Positions 57,174 through 64,000 of a stretch of 64,000 bases of DNA are shown here, in pieces. How positions within the stretch are numbered: position 1 is the first letter of the stretch; the number at the start of each line of letters is the position of its first letter. The stretch is taken from the IMG/VR virus record IMGVR_UViG_3300037797_000117, positions 64,001 to 128,000 of that record; one strand, given 5' to 3'. Source of the stretch: a virus. A program made the translations under genes and the position numbers. Below the pieces are notes generated by a model. It did not search any database. It was not told the DNA's origin and saw nothing but the letters and a program-made list of their open reading frames with translations.

Positions 57174-57248
57174 GGTCCGCTAGCTCAATGGAAGAGCATC
57201 TGACTCTTAATCAGCCGGTTCCCGGTTCGAGCCCGGGGCGGACTACCA
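57174..57248 (+). tRNA. tRNA-Lys(CTT)
   Basis: Loop CTCTTAA; encoded CCA. Confidence 0.92.
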
Positions 57249-57402
57249 GGTACAGCAGTGCGTAACGCACCCCACCGGGGTGTGGCGTGGCGAGCACCGC
57301 CGACCGTGGGAGCGGTACGTGGTGTGGCGCCGGGCAGGGCTCTCCGTGCTCCCACACGCGATCCCGCGGGCCGGTTCCCGCAGCCGAACGTGAGTCTGTG
57401 CC

Positions 57403-57474
57403 GCGTCTGTACCTCAGTGGTCAGAGGACCGTCTGCTAAGGCGGAAGTCGCGGGTTCGAATCCCGCCGGGCGCA
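57403..57474 (+). tRNA. atypical tRNA: CTGCTAA (Ser GCT) on a short-variable-arm body with an irregular anticodon loop
   Basis: Acceptor GCGTCTG/CGGGCGC A; stem CCGTC/GGCGG encloses only 6 nt. Confidence 0.55.
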
Positions 57475-57480
57475 CGTCGT

Positions 57481-57608
57481 GCCTAGGAAGCTCAATCGGT
57501 GGAGCATCCACGTTCCCGAGCCGCAGACCGTGTCGACGCGGTCACGGCGGCCAGCGCGTACGAGCTGGGGAAGGTGGAAGGTTGCGGGTTCGAGTCCCGC
57601 CCTGGGCC
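57481..57608 (+). ncRNA. tRNA-like RNA with a 62-nt insert in the anticodon loop
   Basis: GCCTAGG/CCTGGGC acceptor, GCTC/GAGC D stem, TCCAC/GTGGA stem, GCGGGTTCGAGTCCCGC T arm. Confidence 0.75.
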
Positions 57609-57615
57609 AGCACGT

Positions 57616-57706
57616 GGTTCGCAATGCCCGGCTTGCCTCCGGGTATGTCGCCGCCTCAACGGGCGGCGGTGGGTGTTGCCGGGGTTCGACTCCCCGGACG
57701 CGGATC
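57616..57706 (+). ncRNA. four-way-junction RNA with a T arm
   Basis: GGTTCGC/GCGGATC closing stem, two long hairpins, CCGGGGTTCGACTCCCCGG. Confidence 0.5.
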
Positions 57707-57748
57707 TAGGCTCCCGCGTGGCCGGATGCCAGCCGACGAACCACCCTT

Positions 57749-57820
57749 GCCCTCCTGGCGTAACCGGAAGCGCACGCGGTTGAAGCCCGCGAGGTTCCCG
57801 TTCGATTCGGGAGGAGGGTA
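57749..57820 (+). tRNA. tRNA-Phe(GAA)
   Basis: Loop TTGAAGC; full cloverleaf. Confidence 0.8.
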
Positions 57821-57940
57821 CTTGCGGAGAGAAGGGGAGCGCGGGTAGTCCGCGCGGAGATAGGCATCGTCTTCGGGCTGGCCTCCCGGGACCACCGAGC
57901 CCGGCCACGTACACCCGTCCCCCTCTCCGCATTCAACCCT

Positions 57941-58013
57941 GCGGACCTGGTGAGGCTGGTGCTCACGTCGGTCTTCCAAACCGAAGACGCGGGTTCGATC
58001 CCCGCGGTCCGCT
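57941..58013 (+). tRNA. tRNA-Gly(TCC)
   Basis: Loop CTTCCAA; GCGG acceptor; U73. Confidence 0.9.
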
Positions 58014-58300
58014 CAACCCTCACCCATCGCCTGCACGTACAGGGCGCGGAAGTTGGGGCAGTCGTGCAGGACCGCCACCCGCCGGGCGGCTTCGGCCTTG
58101 CCGGAGCTGACCTGGGTGATGGGGGCCATGACGACCTGCTGCCGGCCGCGGACCGCAGACCGGCCCGGTACCCATCCCGCTTGGCCGGCCGGGAGATGGT
58201 CGGTGTCGACCGGGTCGGCGTCGAACAGGCGCCGCCGCCCGTCGCGGCAGCGAAGCCACTGCACGTACACGGGGCAGTATTCGCATCGGCGGATGGCCAC
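58013..58300 (-). CDS. small Zn-binding hypothetical protein
   Basis: CEYC...FDADP...LHDCP. Confidence 0.6.
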   Translation of the reverse strand: MAIRRCEYCPVYVQWLRCRDGRRRLFDADPVDTDHLPAGQAGWVPGRSAVRGRQQVVMAPITQVSSGKAEAARRVAVLHDCPNFRALYVQAMGEG

Positions 58301-58466
58301 GTCGAACGCAACGACCAGGTGCCGGCGGCGGTTACCACCCGATCGGCGTCGCCCGCCAGGCCAGCAAAGGTGGACATGTCCCCTCCGGTGGGGACAACGA
58401 CTTGGTTATCGGTCAGGACCCGGTTAGCCGGTTAGGTTCCACACCACCACCCGGCATGATCAGCAC

Positions 58467-58709
58467 GTGGAATTAGCGATCATCGCAGCAGCCCTCATCG
58501 TGGCCGTGGCCATCATGTTCGTCGGCACCCGCCGCAACTACCAGCCCCGCCGCTACCGCCCCGCCGGGCAGCCGGCCCGCCCACCAGCACCGGCCGCGTC
58601 CGCACCGCTGAAGCTCCCCGACGCCGGTCCCGACGTCATCACCTACCGGCTGCCACGCGCGCTGCCCACCCCGAACCGGGCATGGCGCACCACCGGCAGC
58701 CGCCGATAG
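58467..58709 (+). CDS. small membrane protein
   Basis: N-terminal TM. Confidence 0.5.
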   Translation: MELAIIAAALIVAVAIMFVGTRRNYQPRRYRPAGQPARPPAPAASAPLKLPDAGPDVITYRLPRALPTPNRAWRTTGSRR

Positions 58710-58720
58710 CGTGCCCGGGG

Positions 58721-59122
58721 TCAGTCGCAGGCGGTGCCGTCCTTGTCACGGTCCAACGCAGGCCGGTACCCGTCGTCGCGGCCGCGACGTAGAGGTGCCG
58801 CACCCGCCTCGCGGGCGGCCGTGCAGTTGGCGTAGTACCGGTCCCGGATATCGGCCGGTTCCACCGGTTCCGGAACAGACGTAGCCGGCGGCGGGGCGGC
58901 GGTCGTGGGCGATGCCGACGGGGCAGGGGAGCTGACCACCGCGGTGAACGTCGGTGTCGGTGAGGTGAACGTCGGCGACGGCCGCGGCGAGTTCACCACC
59001 CGGATCGGGTTCGGGTCCGGCTCCACGTCGGTTCCGACACACGACCCGATCCCGGCCAGGCACGCCAACACGGCGAGGATGCCACCGGAGATGAGAAGCC
59101 CGTTACGGGTGGTCGGATGCAC
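58721..59122 (-). CDS. Excalibur calcium-binding domain surface protein
   Basis: YYANCTAAREAGAAPL...GYRPALDRDKDGTACD; N-terminal TM. Confidence 0.85.
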   Translation of the reverse strand: MHPTTRNGLLISGGILAVLACLAGIGSCVGTDVEPDPNPIRVVNSPRPSPTFTSPTPTFTAVVSSPAPSASPTTAAPPPATSVPEPVEPADIRDRYYANCTAAREAGAAPLRRGRDDGYRPALDRDKDGTACD

Positions 59123-59135
59123 GAAGGTCTCCCTT

Positions 59136-59209
59136 GCCCTGGTGGCCCAACTGGCAGAGGCGCCGCTTTCAAAAGGCGGAGGTTGCGGGTTCGACTCCCG
59201 CCCGGGGCA
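59136..59209 (+). tRNA. tRNA-Leu(CAA), short variable arm
   Basis: Loop TTCAAAA; Leu-type D arm GGCAGAGGCG; A73. Confidence 0.8.
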
Positions 59210-59469
59210 CGTAAGCGTGACGCGGCCCGGCCGGTGAACGGTACCGGCCGGGCCGCGCAAGACAGCATAGTTCCCCGCACTGTCCGTCAGGTAGACGGCA
59301 TGACACCAACTCAGCGGGAACTCGTCACCGAACTCATCGTCGCCGAACTGGCCGGTATTACGGCCGCCTCCCTCGCAGCTGGCGCCGACCCGGCCGAAGT
59401 CGTCGCCGAGCTGGACCGCCGGATCCGGTCGATCAGGGAAAAAGGCGCCCGGTAGCTCCGGGCGTCAAC

Positions 59470-59544
59470 GCCGCCGTAGCTCAGCCAGGTCGGAGCGCTT
59501 CCTTGGTATGGAAGAGGCCGGGAGTTCGAGTCTCCCCGGCGGCT
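59470..59544 (+). tRNA. tRNA-Thr(GGT)
   Basis: Loop TTGGTAT. Confidence 0.9.
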
Positions 59545-59632
59545 CGTCACGTGGGTAGCAGCGGGAGGAACACCCGCTGAGGTCGATCGCCGGGCCGGTG
59601 GAAGCAAGCTGCCGACACTGCCCACGTACAAC

Positions 59633-59705
59633 GCGGACGTAGCTCAGTTGGAAGAGCCCGGCGTTGCCGACGCCGAGGTGGCCGGTTCGAGCCCGGTCGT
59701 CCGCT
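59633..59705 (+). tRNA. tRNA-Gly(GCC)
   Basis: Loop TTGCCGA; U73. Confidence 0.9.
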
Positions 59706-59744
59706 CACGACTTGATCCACCCCACGTGAAGGAGGTGATCCGGG

Positions 59745-60188
59745 GTGAGCCAGGTACTCGTGCTCAACGCCGACTGGGGCCCGCTCCACTGGGTCACCAT
59801 CCGGCACGCCGTCAGGATGCTCGTACGGCAGGTCGCCGAGGTCCACGAGGCCGAACCCGATCGGCTCATCGGCATCTTCCCGCTGCCGCGCGTCGTGCGG
59901 CTCGTGGCGTACGTGAAGACGAAGTGGCGACACACCCGCGGCCCGGCCTGGTCGAGGCCCGGTGTCCTCGCCCGAGACGGATATACCTGCGTCTACTGCG
60001 GTGGATGCGCGTCGACCGTCGACCATGTCCTTCCCCGTTCCCGTAACGGCGGGAACACCTGGTCCAACACCGTCGCCGCTTGCGGCGGCTGCAACCAGCG
60101 CAAGGGTGACCGCACCCCGGCCGAGGCCGGCATGAAGCTGCGGATCGTCCCGGCCACGCCCACCTGGGCGTCGCTGCTGCGTTGGTAG
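59745..60188 (+). CDS. HNH endonuclease
   Basis: VLVLNA...VLARDGYTCVYCG...TVDHVLPRSRNG.NTW.N.VAAC..CN.RKG. Confidence 0.92.
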   Translation: MSQVLVLNADWGPLHWVTIRHAVRMLVRQVAEVHEAEPDRLIGIFPLPRVVRLVAYVKTKWRHTRGPAWSRPGVLARDGYTCVYCGGCASTVDHVLPRSRNGGNTWSNTVAACGGCNQRKGDRTPAEAGMKLRIVPATPTWASLLRW

Positions 60189-60231
60189 CCCGGTGGGGCG
60201 CCGCTCTGTGGCGGTGCGGCGCTCCACCCAT

Positions 60232-60304
60232 TCCGCGCTGGTGCAACTGGCAGCACGCTCGGCTCTGACCCGAGAGATTGGACGTTCAAATCGTCCGCGC
60301 GGAG
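60232..60304 (+). tRNA. tRNA-Gln(CTG)
   Basis: Loop CTCTGAC; U1-A72; G73. Confidence 0.88.
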
Positions 60305-61010
60305 CGGGATGAAGTCACACCGTGAGTCAGCGAGCCGGGGCGCCGGGGCGCTGCCAATACTCGGTCCCTGAACGGATCCCGGGTGACGGAAGCCTGGCCC
60401 AAACCCGTGACAGTCGGAGAGACGACGACACCCCGGAGCGACGGGGGGCAACGAGGTGCGGGGCCTTGCCCGTGACCGCCCTCGGCCACCGGTGGAAGCC
60501 CGGTCGCGACGCGGACCGGGCCAAGCAGGGACCACGGTGCACGGTGGGAGCCCGTAAAGCGACTTGGTCGGCTGTGGTCCACGGACGCGTGGCCTGCTCG
60601 CAAGCCTGGAAGTGCTCTACCCGCGTGAAGAGGTACAGGGTCCGGCACCTGCCCCGCCGGAGGTCACCGGTAGGACTGGCGTCCGGCGGAGCTTAATCCG
60701 AGGTGGCGGGTTCAATTCCCGTTCGGTGCACGTAGGGAAGCTGGGCAACAGCCGTGAGGAACCGCAGGATCTTGTGAGGGCAACCCTCGACACTCCCGCA
60801 GGCCGACACCGGCGCGTCATTCGTTGCAGGGCCCAGCACGTCGCCGTGGGTGGCTTGGTTCCCCGGTGGCACAAGGTCATCCGAAAAGGGCGAAGCCCCA
60901 CGGGGAGCGTCCCCACCAGTAGAACGCAGGCCGGCAGCACCGGCACCGCGGGGTTTATCCGGCGATCGCGACCGGAGAGTGCGAACCCGCCACGCTGGGA
61001 GGAGACCACC
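60305..61010 (+). ncRNA. candidate large structured ncRNA
   Basis: 700 nt with no convincing ORF, many hairpins, internal T arm GCGGGTTCAATTCCCGT. Confidence 0.4.
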
Positions 61011-61011
61011 T

Positions 61012-61182
61012 GGTCGCTGTAGCTCAACAGGTAGAGCAGCGGACCACCGGACGATAGGTACGCGCTGAACAACGACGCCGTGCCTGGCCGCCTCTGTTGG
61101 ACTCTGCGCCGCATGCGGGACGTACGCCTCGGCTCCAGTCCGGTGCCTCCGTGGGTTGCGGGTTCGAGCCCCGCCGGCGGCC
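61012..61182 (+). ncRNA. His-type tRNA-like RNA (G-1:C73) with a 104-nt insert in the anticodon loop
   Basis: GGTCGCTG/CGGCGGCC, canonical D and T arms, GCGGA/TCCGT stem extended by CACCGGAC/GTCCGGTG. Confidence 0.75.
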
Positions 61183-61188
61183 CTCAAT

Positions 61189-61278
61189 TGTCGTGTAGCT
61201 CAATTGGTGAGAGCACCCGCACCGAGCGGGGCCGGGCGACGGCCCGGACGGATGCCGGTTCGACTCCGGCTGCGACAG
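61189..61278 (+). ncRNA. tRNA-like RNA with a 5-nt anticodon loop and long variable arm (G73)
   Basis: TGTCGTG/TGCGACA; CCCGC-ACCGA-GCGGG; CCGGGC-GACG-GCCCGG. Confidence 0.65.
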
Positions 61279-61284
61279 CTCGTG

Positions 61285-61403
61285 GAATCGTGTAGCTCAA
61301 CTGGCAGAGCACCGTCGTGTGGACGTAGCCGGCCCCTCAGGAGGAGACGGCCTAAGCGCGATACCCGGGCGATGCGGAGTTCGATCCTCCGCCACGATCC
61401 CCA
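61285..61403 (+). ncRNA. His-like tRNA-like RNA with expanded anticodon and variable region
   Basis: ATCGTG/CACGAT acceptor, C73 plus CCA; CCGTC-GTGTGGA...-GACGG with a 29-nt loop. Confidence 0.65.
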
Positions 61404-61515
61404 CCAACCGGCGCCCATCGTGGACGGTCGGGTGATCCGGAGGTGTCGGCGTATCTGCCAGGGCGATCTGTCGTTGGCTAGAGGCCCACCGTGTCCACGC
61501 CGAAAGGATCACCCT

Positions 61516-62025
61516 GTGCGTCGGTTCCGTTATCTGGCCCTGTCCGTTCTGGCGATCGGGCTGGCTACCCTGTTCGCGCCTACCGCTGCGCACGCCGCGG
61601 TGACTCCGGGGGCGTGGTGTAAGAAGGCAGAGACCGGCGCATACGGCCAGTCAACCGACGGCGACTGGTACCGGTGCACCCTGAACGCCGGGGCCACGCT
61701 TCCCAAATGGATGCCGTCGTCCCCGCCGCCGCCCGGGCAGAACCCCAGCGCTCCGGCCCCGTCGAAGCGGACCCCGGACGGGCCGTGCCTGGACAGCGAA
61801 GCCGGGCAGGAGTTCAGCACCTCCGCGGGCAAGCTGTACGTGTGCCAGAAGAAGGGCACCAGCTACGCGTGGACCCTCGTCACCGGCGGCGACGACCAGC
61901 CGGGAACGCTACCAAAGACCGGCGTCGACGGGCGGGTCGCGGCCGCAGCCGGCACAGCGCTTGTCGCCGCCGGCGGTGGCCTGTTCTGGGCGATGCGCCG
62001 CCGCCGTGTGAGTTTCCAAGCCTGA
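61516..62025 (+). CDS. sortase-anchored (LPXTG) surface protein
   Basis: Signal peptide ending AHA, LPKTG, TM, RRRR tail. Confidence 0.85.
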   Translation: MRRFRYLALSVLAIGLATLFAPTAAHAAVTPGAWCKKAETGAYGQSTDGDWYRCTLNAGATLPKWMPSSPPPPGQNPSAPAPSKRTPDGPCLDSEAGQEFSTSAGKLYVCQKKGTSYAWTLVTGGDDQPGTLPKTGVDGRVAAAAGTALVAAGGGLFWAMRRRRVSFQA

Positions 62026-62043
62026 CCCGACCCTGAGCAAGCA

Positions 62044-62080
62044 AGCGAGCCCGGCCCCCCATCACAGGGCCGGGCTCGCT
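62044..62080 (+). terminator. hairpin
   Basis: AGCGAGCCCGGCCC/GGGCCGGGCTCGCT. Confidence 0.5.
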
Positions 62081-62091
62081 CTGGTCGGAAC

Positions 62092-62165
62092 GCCGGCGTA
62101 GCTCAGGTTGGTTGAGCAGCGCACTTGTAATGCGAAGGTCGCCGGTTCAAATCCGGCCGCCGGCT
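62092..62165 (+). tRNA. tRNA-Thr(TGT)
   Basis: Loop CTTGTAA. Confidence 0.9.
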
Positions 62166-62188
62166 CGTTCGTCTGGGTAAGGAGGAAT

Positions 62189-62503
62189 GTGGAGCTGGAC
62201 TTCTCCGAGTTTCACCCGACCGGGGACCACTGGCCCGGCACCGCGCGCTGCCAGGCCCTCTACGGGGGGTGGCGCCGACACCTGTACCTGGCATGGGTGT
62301 TTCACCGCCGTGACCAGGTGCTCGGCCCGTTCCGGAAGGTGTTGTGCTGCCCGTTCGGCCGGCACCGGTGGCAGGTCTGGTACAGCCAGGAGGAGCACGG
62401 CGGCCCGGCGCAGGTTCACCCGCTGTGCCCGGACTGCGAAACCACCCGGCTCCCGTCCGAACACGACGTCGACAACAAGCCGGACCTGCCATGGCTGGAG
62501 TAG
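62189..62503 (+). CDS. hypothetical protein
   Basis: AAGGAGG RBS; CPFGRH...CPDC. Confidence 0.65.
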   Translation: MELDFSEFHPTGDHWPGTARCQALYGGWRRHLYLAWVFHRRDQVLGPFRKVLCCPFGRHRWQVWYSQEEHGGPAQVHPLCPDCETTRLPSEHDVDNKPDLPWLE

Positions 62504-62612
62504 CCGGACTCATCTTGGCTTCCCGACGAGAGGAAGAACAGCGTGGAAGGTGCACCAGCTCCCGAGACGTAGAGAGCCCGAAACGCGGGCTCCCTACGCG
62601 AGGGAGCAGACG

Positions 62613-63020
62613 ATGTCCGACACGGACAAGGACCAGCCCTGGTGGGTGACCGCCGAATGGTGGGAGCCCAGCCACACCTACTGTGACGTGTCCGCCTCGC
62701 GCCCGTTCGGCGCGCGTGGACCCCGCCGCCCGTGTAACCTGCCCGCCCGGCCGGTCGTCGCCCGTGACCGGCCCGGGTTCTCCGGGTGGCGCCGCGAACC
62801 CCGCTGCCGCTGGTGGCCTGTCTGGGACCGGCCGGGCCGCCGGTACGCGCTCGGCGGCGTGCCCCGCTGGTTCGTCCACCACGTGTGGACCGGCGCCGAA
62901 CGGGCCGCGGTGCGAGACGACTGCCGCCGCGCGGCCGCCGAGTACCACGCCACCCGCGAAGTCGACACCATGCCCAGCGTCAGGCAGCATCGGCACAACG
63001 CGATGTGGCTCTGGGACTGA
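62613..63020 (+). CDS. hypothetical Trp/Arg-rich protein
   Basis: MSDTDKDQPWWV...HRHNAMWLWD; GGGAG RBS. Confidence 0.65.
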   Translation: MSDTDKDQPWWVTAEWWEPSHTYCDVSASRPFGARGPRRPCNLPARPVVARDRPGFSGWRREPRCRWWPVWDRPGRRYALGGVPRWFVHHVWTGAERAAVRDDCRRAAAEYHATREVDTMPSVRQHRHNAMWLWD

Positions 63021-63231
63021 ACCGAAGGGAGAGCCGACGTGGTCTACCCCCGACGCTGCCCGGTCTGTTCCGCCCCGGGTGGCTTCCACGACTACGGCGT
63101 CCACGCCGATGTGCGGCGCCAGATCGCCGAGGCCGCACCCGTCACCCCGGACGAGCCCGGCGAGGACGGCGGGGTGGTGACGATCCGGACGGACGACAGG
63201 CTCTAGCCTCGCGTCCGGGATGTGGGGAATT

Positions 63232-63304
63232 GCCGGGGATGCATTACGGGTGGTGCGTCCGTTTCGTACGCGGAAGGAGCCGGTTCGAGCCCGGCCCCCC
63301 GGCT
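63232..63304 (+). tRNA. tRNA-Thr(CGT)
   Basis: Loop TTCGTAC; GCCGGGG/CCCCGGC; slightly irregular D arm. Confidence 0.75.
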
Positions 63305-63312
63305 CCCCCACA

Positions 63313-63342
63313 TTGTGTCGCTCTGGGGGTACGGGGTACGCT
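63313..63342 (+). promoter_or_regulatory. operator-promoter copy 15
   Basis: TTGTGT-N18-TACGCT; spacer CGCTCTGGGGGTACG; ATG 7 nt later suggests a leaderless mRNA. Confidence 0.65.
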
Positions 63343-63348
63343 GAGCCA

Positions 63349-64000
63349 ATGCCTATCGACCTGAGTAAAACCCCACTGGCCGACAAGTACGCGGCCGCCG
63401 GCGTCAGCCTTCAGAAGAAACGCCTCGACGGTGTCCGCGCCGCCGTCTACCTGGTCCTCGACTTCTCCCGCTCCATGCGCGGCTTCTACCGCGACGGCTC
63501 GGTCCAACACCTCACCGAGCAGATCCTCGCCCTCGCCGCCCACTTCGACGACGACGGCAGCGTCCCGGTCATCCTGTTCGACAGCTACGCCCGGGAACCG
63601 GTGAACGTGTCGGTCGACGATTTCGCCGGCTCCATCGGCCGGATCGTCGCCCAGGCCGGAACCATGGGCTCGACCAACTACGCCTCCGCCATGCACATGG
63701 TCATCGGCCACCACCGGGTCCACGGGGGCGGCCAGCCCGCCTTCGTCATCTTCCAGACCGACGGATCCCCCGACTCCAAGTCCGCCGCCGAACAGACCCT
63801 GTGCGCCGCCGCGACGATGCCGATCTTCTGGCAGTTCATCGGGTTCGGCGACGACGAGTTCAAGTTCCTCCGCAAGCTCGACGACTTGAAGGTCCCGAGA
63901 AAGCGCGTCGTCGACAACGCCGGCTTCTTCCCCGCCGGCTTCAACCCGAAGGGCATTCCGGACGGCGTGCTGTACGACAACCTGATGTCCGAGTTCCCGC
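63349..64000 (+). CDS. vWA domain TerF-like protein (3' partial)
   Basis: VYLVLDFSRSM (MIDAS), GSTNY, FQTDG, PIFWQFIGFG, VVDNAGFF. Confidence 0.9.
   Translation, partial: MPIDLSKTPLADKYAAAGVSLQKKRLDGVRAAVYLVLDFSRSMRGFYRDGSVQHLTEQILALAAHFDDDGSVPVILFDSYAREPVNVSVDDFAGSIGRIVAQAGTMGSTNYASAMHMVIGHHRVHGGGQPAFVIFQTDGSPDSKSAAEQTLCAAATMPIFWQFIGFGDDEFKFLRKLDDLKVPRKRVVDNAGFFPAGFNPKGIPDGVLYDNLMSEFP

Noticed and set aside
57616-57706. tRNA-Sec (TCA in a loop)
   Set aside because: The loop is TCAACG, arm lengths do not fit selC, and no sel genes are present.
59136-59209. Opal suppressor (TCA) reading of this tRNA
   Set aside because: The 5-bp stem CCGCT/GGCGG gives loop TTCAAAA, so the anticodon is CAA (Leu).
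61044-61147. Group I/II intron in a tRNA
   Set aside because: Far too short and no recognisable catalytic core.
2187-63333. LexA SOS boxes
   Set aside because: The consensus is CGTAC-N5-GTACG, not CGAAC-N4-GTTCG; kept as a distinct operator.
1-64000. Intact prophage
   Set aside because: No terminase, portal, capsid, tail or lysin genes recognisable in the window; traB and spd-like genes point to a conjugative element.

Overview
High-GC actinomycete DNA (about 70% GC by eye; Micromonosporaceae-like is my inference) from a large mobile replicon, probably a TraB/FtsK-type conjugative megaplasmid or giant integrative element. No virion genes are visible. From 1 to 54.3 kb there are dense, mostly + strand operons of small hypothetical genes. 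They include a transfer block (two Spd/DUF2637-like membrane proteins, a Gly-rich membrane protein, TraB), dnaB, ssb, SLOG, two MazG-like and one NDT-like nucleotide enzymes, a BldC homologue, several HTH/RHH regulators, and a tyrosine recombinase with a dif-like site. From 54.3 to 63.3 kb there is a tRNA array with 11 canonical tRNAs, an HNH nuclease and many structured spacers. The most notable signals are: (1) a family of tRNA-scaffolded RNAs that keep acceptor, D and T arms but replace the anticodon loop with structured inserts of 29-104 nt, or are otherwise non-decoding; (2) fifteen sigma70-type promoters that all carry the 15-bp palindrome CGTACCC-N-GGGTACG in the -35/-10 spacer, one of them heading the RNA array; (3) a recurring CCGTTTCCCC hairpin before ribosome-binding sites that is complementary to the insert of the first tRNA-like RNA; (4) about 39 GGTACC copies in an spd-like gene near traB, a candidate clt locus. 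All calls were made by eye and no searches were run.
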